Part shown: positions 43,054-51,695 of the stretch, one piece after another
Layout of the letters: the number at the start of each line of letters is the position of its first letter
How positions within the stretch are numbered: position 1 is the first letter of the stretch
Assembly (NCBI GenBank): GCA_018304615.1
Contig: JAGVVV010000009.1
Location: 45,160-109,159 of the forward strand
DNA: 64,000 nt
Direction: 5' to 3'
Source: Candidatus Aenigmatarchaeota archaeon
GTDB lineage: Archaea > Aenigmatarchaeota > Aenigmatarchaeia > CG10238-14 > SCSR01
Made by a program: the position numbers and the translations under genes
Notes under the pieces: generated by a model
Database searches by the model: none
Seen by the model: the letters and a program-made list of their open reading frames with translations, nothing else
Told to the model about the DNA's origin: nothing

Positions 43054-45503
43054 CTTGGATTCACGTAGTAGGTGTTGACGAGTACATTGAAGTCTGGATT
43101 CCATACGAAAGTGATGACTCTTACTGACCCCCCTATATTCACGTCATAATTTGTGTAAGGTGAATTGCTCACCACCAACGACTGGCTTAGAATGTTTGCA
43201 TTTCCTAGTGGAACTATAAAGGTGAGAGACTGGTCTGCCGCTACACTGTATTGATAGGATGCCAGGGAAAACTGTTGGTTACCTGTGCTGGGACTGCATG
43301 AACCTAACCAAGGATCACAGTTCCAATTTGGTGGGCAGCCGCATTTGTTACAATAGTCAGTGAAAATTGAATGCCCGACATTAACACAATATTTAGGTGG
43401 TTTTCCAGATAAGCAAGATCCTACTTCAGCAACATCACTACCAGATTGGCATTTCGGAAGTTGGATTGGGGGCAGGGTCTGCTGGTTGATACTACAACAC
43501 ATTTTTCCCCCGGCAATTCCACTTTGTGGGCATAATCCTTGCAACGGGGATTCACCATTTAGGCAAACGGTTTTGCATACTGCATCTTTCAAACTGGAGC
43601 ACGGTGACAAACTAGGAGGCGTCGTAGTTGGTGTCGTGCCTGCGGGAACACAACAAGTTTTTCCTCCAGTTATCCCGCCTTGAGAACAACCGAGAGCACC
43701 CAAGTCCTGTTCGCCGTTCAAACAAACTGTCTTGCAATTTCCTCCTTTCGATGAACAGGTAGGTTGCGGAGGAGGTTTGGGCTTGCAAGTATTTGTTGTA
43801 GAATCACAACCGCCATCGCAATAAGTAGTTGACATAAAGCTAATATAACCGCACTGACCTTTTGGGCAATTGTCTCCGGCATTACCAAATACTTGGCATC
43901 CTTTGCCATAACTGTTAAGGAAATCTCCATCACATTTTTTGATGGTGGATGTATCTGCAAGACAATTCTCGTACCCGTTTAGTCGAGGGGAGCATTGCCC
44001 TTTAATCGGGTTACAGTACATATCAGATGGACAACTGCAAGTATTACAATCGTCTCTCAAATAAGGAGAGCCATATGGGTTTGAATAGCATCTTGCTGGT
44101 TTTGTTTTGGAACAAGTGCCGACTGAAGTTCCGTCAGAACAAGTTTGTTTTGATGGGGAAGTTGAAGTAGATGTTGTGGTTGTAGTAGTTGCTCCACATG
44201 CACTGAAACATGTGTTTTGATTCGTGTAACAATTACCCGTTAAAGCACAAAAGTAAGAACCGGAACTGCATTTGACACCACCGATTGCATTGCAGCCTTG
44301 TGGTGGAGCAACTGTTCTGCAGAAATTATCACAAAGAGTTGATTGAGGAATGCAGCAAGTTCTTTGACCTTCCTGAGGTTGAGTACAATCTACACCGCCT
44401 ACATCTGTTTCACCACTGGAGCAAACTGTTCTACAATTGCCACCTCGAGACGCACACTGTGCACCTTGGCCTGATGTAGTTGTTGTAGTGGTTGTAGGAA
44501 CGCAACAATTCTTTCCATCCGTAGGATTGCAATCATAACTTGATACGGGAGTAAATCCAGATGGGCATGTTGTCGTTCCCACACATTGTGCAGTTGGTCC
44601 CCCACCTCGACCGCATGATGGAAGACATTGTCCGTTTTTTACATTCCAGTCTGGATAGGGTTTATCAGATGGACATGTACCGGGTGTTGTAGTAGTCCCA
44701 CTACATCTGAAACAATTAGTTGAAACATATTGGCATGTACGACTATTTGCTTGACACTCTACATCACAATTCCTCCGATCTGTGAATTCACATTGGGGCT
44801 GGGTTGTAGTAGTCGTTGCATAACAGGGAAGATTGCCTGTATAAACACATTTTTCACCACAGCACCTGTAAGTTCCAGTACAAGTTGGTCCAGCACCTCC
44901 GACTTGTGTGTTGTCAGGACGACCTTTGCAAACATCAGCTGAAGGAGTTGAAGTGGTTGTAGGACTCACAAAACACTGTGAATTTGAAGAACAAGAACTT
45001 CCAGCTTTACCACCTGTACAAGCGTTCGTGCATCTTCCACTCTGGCATATACAAGTAGTCGAACTTATTCCACAAGCTGAAAGGCAAGTTGATGCACTAC
45101 CATAACATTGGTTAGTAGCAGCACAATAGTATTGACCGAAACCGCATGAAGCTCCGCCAGAACCTTTGCAATTTCCTGTGTAACCACAGTTAGGATTGCA
45201 TGTAGGAGCACTAGGAGGAACTGTAGTGCTAATACCACAATCACTCTTGCACCACGCCTGACTTCCTCCAGAATAACATCCGTTTGTTTTTCCACAATAA
45301 TAATAACCCCAACTGCAAATGACTCCACCACTTCCAGAACAACCTTGTGATTGTGCTGTGGTTGTACATGTCGGATCGCATGCAGGTCTTCCTCCTGTTC
45401 CTGTAGCAAATGTTTGTGGAGCAAAAATATTCTGGAACCATTGGAACAGATTAGCCTGACCCGTAGCTGGTTGAGTTTGCGAGGGGAATAAAACATTTTG
45501 CAA
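43050..45503 (-). CDS. 817-aa extracellular cysteine-rich mosaic protein (13 disulfide modules plus Cys-free C-terminal domain)
   Basis: Track start is a TTG; 92 Cys by my count, in modules of 6 or 8 separated by poly-Thr/Pro linkers; the frame stays open upstream to 45644 and encodes a signal-peptide-like segment without a canonical start. Confidence 0.7.
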   Translation of the reverse strand: MQNVLFPSQTQPATGQANLFQWFQNIFAPQTFATGTGGRPACDPTCTTTAQSQGCSGSGGVICSWGYYYCGKTNGCYSGGSQAWCKSDCGISTTVPPSAPTCNPNCGYTGNCKGSGGASCGFGQYYCAATNQCYGSASTCLSACGISSTTCICQSGRCTNACTGGKAGSSCSSNSQCFVSPTTTSTPSADVCKGRPDNTQVGGAGPTCTGTYRCCGEKCVYTGNLPCYATTTTTQPQCEFTDRRNCDVECQANSRTCQYVSTNCFRCSGTTTTPGTCPSDKPYPDWNVKNGQCLPSCGRGGGPTAQCVGTTTCPSGFTPVSSYDCNPTDGKNCCVPTTTTTTTSGQGAQCASRGGNCRTVCSSGETDVGGVDCTQPQEGQRTCCIPQSTLCDNFCRTVAPPQGCNAIGGVKCSSGSYFCALTGNCYTNQNTCFSACGATTTTTTSTSTSPSKQTCSDGTSVGTCSKTKPARCYSNPYGSPYLRDDCNTCSCPSDMYCNPIKGQCSPRLNGYENCLADTSTIKKCDGDFLNSYGKGCQVFGNAGDNCPKGQCGYISFMSTTYCDGGCDSTTNTCKPKPPPQPTCSSKGGNCKTVCLNGEQDLGALGCSQGGITGGKTCCVPAGTTPTTTPPSLSPCSSLKDAVCKTVCLNGESPLQGLCPQSGIAGGKMCCSINQQTLPPIQLPKCQSGSDVAEVGSCLSGKPPKYCVNVGHSIFTDYCNKCGCPPNWNCDPWLGSCSPSTGNQQFSLASYQYSVAADQSLTFIVPLGNANILSQSLVVSNSPYTNYDVNIGGSVRVITFVWNPDFNVLVNTYYVNPS

Positions 45504-45695
45504 TGCTCTAGATAAATCGTCAAGGGTATATCCAAAAACAGAAGCACTAAGAGCTAAGAGAGAAAAGGAAATAGCAAATAGGAGGATAAAAGTTCGGTTG
45601 GAGAATTTACTTTTACAATTCTTACTACCTGATCTAACAGACGTTCAAAATCCCCTAGAATAATATTCACTTTTTAAATATAATACTTCTTTCAC

Positions 45696-46511
45696 TTATA
45701 CCTGAACAGAATTTGAAGCTCTGATACTTGCGTCAGGCAAATCGCAGATGAGGCCTATGTAATATGTAGTTCCAGGGCTCAATCCTGTGAACGCGCATGT
45801 TCCTGAATAATCGGTGCTAGAGCAACTTTTCGCACCTGGAGAAGTTGCTACAACTCTGGATTGTCCGCTTGTCAGAGCGTTCGGGCATGACCAATTACAT
45901 GATATGCTGGTTCCATCGCTGCCCTTGTTGCATGAAACAGATGCAGAACCTCCACCGGTGCCTCCTGAACTACCTCCCGTACCTGTAGTCCCGCTGCATG
46001 GAGAATTGGAATTGAATCCATAGTATGTGAACCAATTCTCATCAGTCTTCAAGTTGCAGGTTCCCTGATCAGGGAATATCTGTTTTACTTTCTGATTAGC
46101 TTTAGTCACATCCTGATAACTTTGGTAGTATGCCGAGCACAATGTCTGCACGCAATCTTGTGGTATGAGTTTTCCGTTGTCAGTTACACATGGAAACATG
46201 TTCATGCAATAAATGGCATTCTCACACGCCTTGAAGCCTAGCAAACCTTCTGAATCGATAGAATCAATTCTACCATTCCTGTTCAGATCTGTATCACCTG
46301 TCAATTTTGTTGAACACCATTTGACGATGTTCCCTTCTTTGCAGAGCTGATCACAACCCTGCTTGAATTCCCCGTACTGGAGAGATTTTCTTACATCACT
46401 CAGACCTCCGAGTCCGCTTGTCTGATTCAAAAATAATCTGATGACGACGAAAGCTACTACAAGTAGTATCAAAAGCCCGATTATCATTTCAAGACTCATT
46501 TGTCCTTTCAT
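45696..46511 (-). CDS. type IV pilin-like protein with EF-hand-like Ca loop and FN3/Ig-like C-terminal domain
   Basis: 271 aa; MKG-QMSLEMIIGLLILLVVAFVV leader; DLNRNGRIDSID loop; G/S/T linker; FTGLSPGTTYYIGL. Confidence 0.6.
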   Translation of the reverse strand: MKGQMSLEMIIGLLILLVVAFVVIRLFLNQTSGLGGLSDVRKSLQYGEFKQGCDQLCKEGNIVKWCSTKLTGDTDLNRNGRIDSIDSEGLLGFKACENAIYCMNMFPCVTDNGKLIPQDCVQTLCSAYYQSYQDVTKANQKVKQIFPDQGTCNLKTDENWFTYYGFNSNSPCSGTTGTGGSSGGTGGGSASVSCNKGSDGTSISCNWSCPNALTSGQSRVVATSPGAKSCSSTDYSGTCAFTGLSPGTTYYIGLICDLPDASIRASNSVQV

Positions 46512-46518
46512 ATTCTCA

Positions 46519-47592
46519 CTAATCGATTGGTCTGCATTCTTGCCTTGTCACATCAAAGCTATCCCAGAAACTCCAAACAAGTGGCTGCAAGCCTTTTGAT
46601 GAAGGTATGTTAAACTTGTTATCGGTGAGTTTGAAGTTGACCAAGACTCCGCCTAGACTGCTTCCTGTTTGTGCGGAGACGATTTTTCCACCCAGCGAAT
46701 CAAAAACATTTGTCTTCAAACCAGAAGCTGAAGTTTTTTCATAGCAGAGATTGTCAGCAAATGTAGATTTCTGGCATGGAGTATTCAAACATGCAACAGG
46801 ATTTGCAGTGTCAAGACATTTTATTTCATAAGAGCATTTCACATACTGGGGATCCTCTTTGAATAATTCTTCATAGTGTTTGCATACATTCTGGATTGCA
46901 ACTTCAATCTTCTGCGGCATTGATGTAGGACTGGTGCATTGATCTCTTATGGAAGAGAATATCACTCTGACTGGAAGATTATTTTTTGTATCGTCATAAA
47001 GTCTGTAATATATCCACCAGAACCTGTTATTTGTGTTGTCAACCGCCAAATCACCTGAATAGGTTACAGAAGCAGGACTTGTAACTGTAATCACTCCACC
47101 TTGAGTCGCAGTTGATTTGAACGACTCGCATCCTTGAGAACTTCTCTGGTTGCACGCATCCTTGCCATAATCGTAGATTCCATTACATTGATATGGAGAG
47201 GCGGTAACACCGAGCTGCGCAATCTGGCTGTCTTTCAAACCTTTAAAGTATGTCTGCAAGTAGACATTGGATGTGTTACTCATGGAAAAATGAACTTCAT
47301 TTGATTCTGGAGGAACTGGCTCGTTGTTGCAATACCAAAATGTTCTAGATGCCTGACTTCCACCATTTGCTGCTACCTCAAGTGATGCGCTTTGAGTAGA
47401 GTAAGACAAATCCTGACTCAAGAATCTCTTCGCAGTTTCGAGTCTGGTAATTGCAATGTCTTTTGGTCCGACATTTGAAATTGTGCCGGCGAACTGAGTA
47501 CCGGATGAAAGATTGTTATAAGACCATACAGAGACCATCAAGACTCCAATCAGTGCAATGATTACGATTGTGGCATATGCGATGCCTTTCAT
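46519..47592 (-). CDS. type IV pilin-like protein, large ectodomain (hypothetical)
   Basis: 357 aa; MKG-IAYATIVIIALIGVLMVSVW leader; multiple Cys pairs. Confidence 0.55.
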   Translation of the reverse strand: MKGIAYATIVIIALIGVLMVSVWSYNNLSSGTQFAGTISNVGPKDIAITRLETAKRFLSQDLSYSTQSASLEVAANGGSQASRTFWYCNNEPVPPESNEVHFSMSNTSNVYLQTYFKGLKDSQIAQLGVTASPYQCNGIYDYGKDACNQRSSQGCESFKSTATQGGVITVTSPASVTYSGDLAVDNTNNRFWWIYYRLYDDTKNNLPVRVIFSSIRDQCTSPTSMPQKIEVAIQNVCKHYEELFKEDPQYVKCSYEIKCLDTANPVACLNTPCQKSTFADNLCYEKTSASGLKTNVFDSLGGKIVSAQTGSSLGGVLVNFKLTDNKFNIPSSKGLQPLVWSFWDSFDVTRQECRPID

Positions 47593-47629
47593 AAAATAAG
47601 TATGGTTCGAGGGGGGTATAAAAGTTTAC

Positions 47630-48910
47630 TTAGGCCCATTCATAGATATTTGCTGTGGTGTATACTCCTGCAACTGCGACTGGTACAGGAAAGTTGACAG
47701 CCCTGATGTTTTTTGTTCTCTGTGCAATTTCATATCCTGCTCTGTTCCCTGCTTCAAGAGCTCCAGTTCTTTCTGGAGTCACTTTCTCGATTACATCCTT
47801 AAGGGCGCTAGCCAGGTCGGATCCTTTGCTCAGATCGTACATCTGCCCTCCGGTTGCAGTCGCCATTTCTGTCATATATTGCGTGACAAGTCCGCTGCAC
47901 TGGCATTGTAATTGCGTAAAGTCATGATATGTTTGACCTTGCCAGATTACGCAGATGTTACATTTAGCGTCGCAGTTTGAACACGATGGGCAGCATCCAC
48001 TCCCTGGATCGGCCTTTATCGGAAATGCAAAAACTCCGTTCTTTTTAGCGACTTCGATTCCTCTGAGAAGGCTGTTGTGCTGTTCGACGTAGCTGCTCGG
48101 AGTGCTCGCACAACATCTTGGATTGCCTGTGTCAAGTCCGCATTCACTGCCTTCAGGAACTTCATCAGAAATTGGGATGACCACTCTCACGCTGAATTTC
48201 TGCCAGCCTTCAATAGGACCTGCTTCAATTGCGCATGCAGTTCCATGTCCCCAATCTTCGGAAGGATCTCCTCGCCTCTTGTCTTCGCATTGAAGTCCTC
48301 CAATGTTAGAACATCTCAGATACTGAGATTGAGGGAACTTGTCGCAAGAGATGACATAAGGTTGGCTGGGATTAGAACCTATTCCGCAACAAGGACTGCC
48401 GCCTTCGAGCAAATAAATCGTTGCAGTCACTCTTTTGCCTGCAGCTCTAAGGTCACTTATCAAACCGGGCAAAACTTTTCTGAGATTCTCAACGTCATCA
48501 CACAAACTTGAGGAAGTGTCTTGAATGAAAATAATTTGGATTGCAGCTTCAATCTTCGGATAGGGAACTCTCATATACCAGTGGTCTTTCCCATAAAGAG
48601 CATCAAGTCTCCAAGTGATTTCCTGAGGAACATCCACGTAACTGATTGAAGGTCCGAAATCTATCGTGTCATTTCCGATGTATGCAGCGATCCCTACCAA
48701 CTCTTGTAGAGATTTTCCACTCTTTGATTCTGTCATTGAAAAAAGTGCGTTAGCGCCAGCACTCACTCCTTCCCTCTCGTGTCTTTCAGCTAGGGTGAGA
48801 ATGGTTTTTCCAAAACTTCCTATGCTTGTAGTCCTCAAAAGAATAATCACTGCGATTATTGCTATAGCAAGCATGACAAAACCCATGACCTCAAATATTT
48901 GCCCTTTCAT
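47630..48910 (-). CDS. type IV pilin-like protein with von Willebrand factor A domain
   Basis: 426 aa; MKG-QIFEVMGFVMLAIAIIAVIILL leader; MIDAS IIFIQDTSSSL (DxSxS) and VVIPISDEVPEG; Cys-rich insertions. Confidence 0.6.
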   Translation of the reverse strand: MKGQIFEVMGFVMLAIAIIAVIILLRTTSIGSFGKTILTLAERHEREGVSAGANALFSMTESKSGKSLQELVGIAAYIGNDTIDFGPSISYVDVPQEITWRLDALYGKDHWYMRVPYPKIEAAIQIIFIQDTSSSLCDDVENLRKVLPGLISDLRAAGKRVTATIYLLEGGSPCCGIGSNPSQPYVISCDKFPQSQYLRCSNIGGLQCEDKRRGDPSEDWGHGTACAIEAGPIEGWQKFSVRVVIPISDEVPEGSECGLDTGNPRCCASTPSSYVEQHNSLLRGIEVAKKNGVFAFPIKADPGSGCCPSCSNCDAKCNICVIWQGQTYHDFTQLQCQCSGLVTQYMTEMATATGGQMYDLSKGSDLASALKDVIEKVTPERTGALEAGNRAGYEIAQRTKNIRAVNFPVPVAVAGVYTTANIYEWA

Positions 48911-49659
48911 TTTACCACAAGACTCCCCTGCAAATAACTTATCGTCCAGACATAATCACCTGGTGCTTTGATGTCCTTGATAGCAAGAGGGCAAGACATG
49001 ACTCTGCACGATTTTTGTTTAGTTCCGCTGCAGAGCTCGTTTGTAGATTTGTAATAGCTGAGTGGGAAACTTGTGTGTATGCCAAATGATGTGGCATTCA
49101 GTCTCCCGTTTCTAAACAAGTCGCACGACCAGTCAAGAGCGCCTGCTATGTTCTCCAACTCTCCGTTGACAAGATAAATGTAAATGTTGCCTGGAATGAC
49201 ATCCTTGTCAGAATATCTGATTGCAATTGGCATAGAGGTGTTGATATCATTCTTGAAAGCAGGACCTGTTGAAAAATTCTTGGCACCGAAAGACCAAATC
49301 TTAGATGGAGTCTGTGGATCCTGATTAATCTCGACGACAGTCGCCCTCCATCCGAAATTATAATTTCTCGCACAAGGAGGTTCGATATTTTTGAAATCGG
49401 AGGCCATCTGTTTCAATTTTGTCACGTCGACGATGTTGGCATAGAGTCCATCAGTCGCAGGAGATCTGTAAGCAAGGCAATCTTCCGAATTTGCAAGAAT
49501 GAGAAGGATGTTCGTGGAAGTGCTGATCAGGTTCAGAGTTTTTGAAGCCTGCCTCTCCTTTGCGATGGATTCAGAAATCGAGCTATACAAAAACAAGAGC
49601 AATGCTATTGTCATCACCAAAGAAATCGGTTTCAAAATGTAAGACATCTGGCCTTTCAT
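48907..49659 (-). CDS. type IV pilin-like protein (hypothetical)
   Basis: 250 aa; MKG-QMSYILKPISLVMTIALLLFLY leader; ATGA overlap with the downstream gene. Confidence 0.55.
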   Translation of the reverse strand: MKGQMSYILKPISLVMTIALLLFLYSSISESIAKERQASKTLNLISTSTNILLILANSEDCLAYRSPATDGLYANIVDVTKLKQMASDFKNIEPPCARNYNFGWRATVVEINQDPQTPSKIWSFGAKNFSTGPAFKNDINTSMPIAIRYSDKDVIPGNIYIYLVNGELENIAGALDWSCDLFRNGRLNATSFGIHTSFPLSYYKSTNELCSGTKQKSCRVMSCPLAIKDIKAPGDYVWTISYLQGSLVVK

Positions 49660-51648
49660 TCAAGCACCTGGTATGATACATTTGAAACCTTGAGGCACGC
49701 CTGCCAATGCGCACAGTTCGTCAATATGGCAATCTACATTCGTCTGCTTGCATCTAGAGTTTGAAGGATTCCAATTTCCGCCGCACCTCACACCTGGTGG
49801 AACTGCGTAACCACTTTTTCCGTCAGAACTTATTCCATCGTTTAGAGCGTACAATCCCTTGTCATTCCACCAAATGCACATGACATCACAGTCTGTTTGA
49901 TCTAGGAAAGTCACAAATTGGCCTGTTGCATCAAGTCTCAACCATCTGTTGGCGTTTCCATTGCATTCATTCGGCCACAATCCGGGTTGGTTTTGCAAAT
50001 CGGGATCACATTTCATTACTACGAATGCATGCCTTCTACAATCTCCGGCAATGTCAAAAGTTGTGTAAGCGTCCTTTGCAGGAACACCGAGAGTCCTTAG
50101 GACTGACAACACTGCAGAGGCATGGTCTGCACAGTAACCAACTCCGCAGCATTCGCTTCCGATATAAGTTGCTCTGTCGTCAGGACATTCTGACAAACAG
50201 CAACAAGTGTAATCCTCTCTTTTGTAGTTCTCGTTTGCGGATATCGTGAAACCAGCAGGCTGAAGTCTTTGGCAGGCTCTGATGTATCTACTCGCATCGA
50301 AAGCCCAGCCTTCAGGTGTGCGAGCCCTTATTGTTTTTATTACTTCGTTGATATCCCAATTTCTTCTGTCCAAGAATTTCTTAACTTCTGAGTCGCAGAT
50401 GGAGATTGTTCCAGGCTGCCAGCTTGGCTTGTCTCCTGTTCTGGTACCTCCTTGGAAAACATCTTCATAGCAAGCGGATGAAGTGAAAGGTCCGCCTGTC
50501 TGGCATGATGGTTGTGTTGCTTGACCGCAATCCTGAGGACAAGTGTAATTTGTCTCCCATTTTGTCTTGTATCCTTCAGGCCACCCGTATTGTGTGCCGG
50601 GTCTCCACTCGCACCTCCCATTACCACAGCAGTCTTTCCTGCAAATATTATCGCCAGGGCATGCCACAAGTCCAGCACAGCAAGGGTCTGATCCTGTTTG
50701 ATTTTCTTTTGTACAAACATTCTGGCATGCACGTGAATCTGGACAGTCAGGGTCGCAGATGTTTTTTGAATCTTTACAATCCAAGTCGCAGATACCGTCT
50801 TTTAATAAAGTTATTTTAGAAGGAGTGGAAATTGTAGGAGTTGAGGCTGTTGTGTTTATACAACCTGTGTAACATTTTCCGTCTTGTACTTTGTATTTGA
50901 CTCCATCTTTATCTATTATTTTACTCTTGGCAGGGCAGTCTGGATCGCAGTAACCTGTTTTGCTATTGGGATATTGGTCGTAACAATCTAAATCACAAAC
51001 TCCTTTTTTCAATCCTTCGCAATCAGGACTGCAAATGCCATCTCTTTCATTTTCTTTAATGCAATTCTTCTCGCACACACCTGTCTGGTATCCTCTATAG
51101 CAATTTTTGTCACAGATGCCTGGATTTTCTTTTGCGCAGAATGGGTTGCATACGCCAGTGGAGTTGTCATTCACACATTTTGTATCACACTTATTTTCCA
51201 CATTGCATTCGGGATCGCAAATGTTATCATTGGTATTGCAGGAACATGTCTTGTTGCTGATATAGACGCTGTTGTCATTGACGGTCTTGACTATGCAGAG
51301 CGACTTGGGATTTTCAAATGAATAGGGACCGGATTTAATGAGGCTTGAAAAGAATGTTCTGACTGAATTCTTGTCGCCGTATTTTATTATGAGTGCTTTC
51401 TGATCGATGTCTAATCTGAATCTGAGACCTTTTGGAATGTCTATTTGCATTTGAATATTTCCTGCTGTTGCTGCAGCCCTATCTATAGAAGTTGAAACGT
51501 CTCTACCGAGAGCCTCGAAAACAGATTCGTAAGTTCGCTGGTTCTGTTGAGAGAAGACAAGTTGAACTACAAGGACGATGAGAATGAAAGAGATGAGAAT
51601 GGCTGTAGTCTCCAACATTGTCTCGGACAGTATTACAGACCCTTTCAC
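49660..51648 (-). CDS. type IV pilin-like leader fused to G-(I/V)-C-D-x-x-C repeat array and transglutaminase-like cysteine protease core
   Basis: 662 aa; GTG start with GAGGT 6 nt upstream; MKG-SVILSETMLETTAILISFILIVLVV; about 12 repeats (GVCNPFC, GICDKNC, GVCEKNC, GICSPDC, GVCDLDC, GYCDPDC, GICDLDC, NICDPDC...); C-terminal GYCADHASAVLSVLRTLGVPA ... RRHAFVVM ... WLRLDATG (Cys-His-Asp). Confidence 0.65.
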   Translation of the reverse strand: MKGSVILSETMLETTAILISFILIVLVVQLVFSQQNQRTYESVFEALGRDVSTSIDRAAATAGNIQMQIDIPKGLRFRLDIDQKALIIKYGDKNSVRTFFSSLIKSGPYSFENPKSLCIVKTVNDNSVYISNKTCSCNTNDNICDPECNVENKCDTKCVNDNSTGVCNPFCAKENPGICDKNCYRGYQTGVCEKNCIKENERDGICSPDCEGLKKGVCDLDCYDQYPNSKTGYCDPDCPAKSKIIDKDGVKYKVQDGKCYTGCINTTASTPTISTPSKITLLKDGICDLDCKDSKNICDPDCPDSRACQNVCTKENQTGSDPCCAGLVACPGDNICRKDCCGNGRCEWRPGTQYGWPEGYKTKWETNYTCPQDCGQATQPSCQTGGPFTSSACYEDVFQGGTRTGDKPSWQPGTISICDSEVKKFLDRRNWDINEVIKTIRARTPEGWAFDASRYIRACQRLQPAGFTISANENYKREDYTCCCLSECPDDRATYIGSECCGVGYCADHASAVLSVLRTLGVPAKDAYTTFDIAGDCRRHAFVVMKCDPDLQNQPGLWPNECNGNANRWLRLDATGQFVTFLDQTDCDVMCIWWNDKGLYALNDGISSDGKSGYAVPPGVRCGGNWNPSNSRCKQTNVDCHIDELCALAGVPQGFKCIIPGA

Positions 51649-51695
51649 AGCACGACCTCTTAGATAATTTTGATTGTGGTATATAATATTGGTGC

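Noticed and set aside
43050-45503. Short nucleotide periodicities (GTTGTAGTAGTTGT-type runs, for example near 44150-44200 and 44470-44500) that could be taken for tandem repeats or CRISPR-like structure
   Set aside because: They are the antisense of ACN codon runs encoding poly-Thr linkers inside a long ORF. There is no repeat-spacer architecture.
45065-45547. 160-aa minus-strand ORF overlapping the 5' end of the Cys-rich gene in another frame
   Set aside because: It lies out of frame within the strongly patterned Cys-module ORF, and its product has no features.
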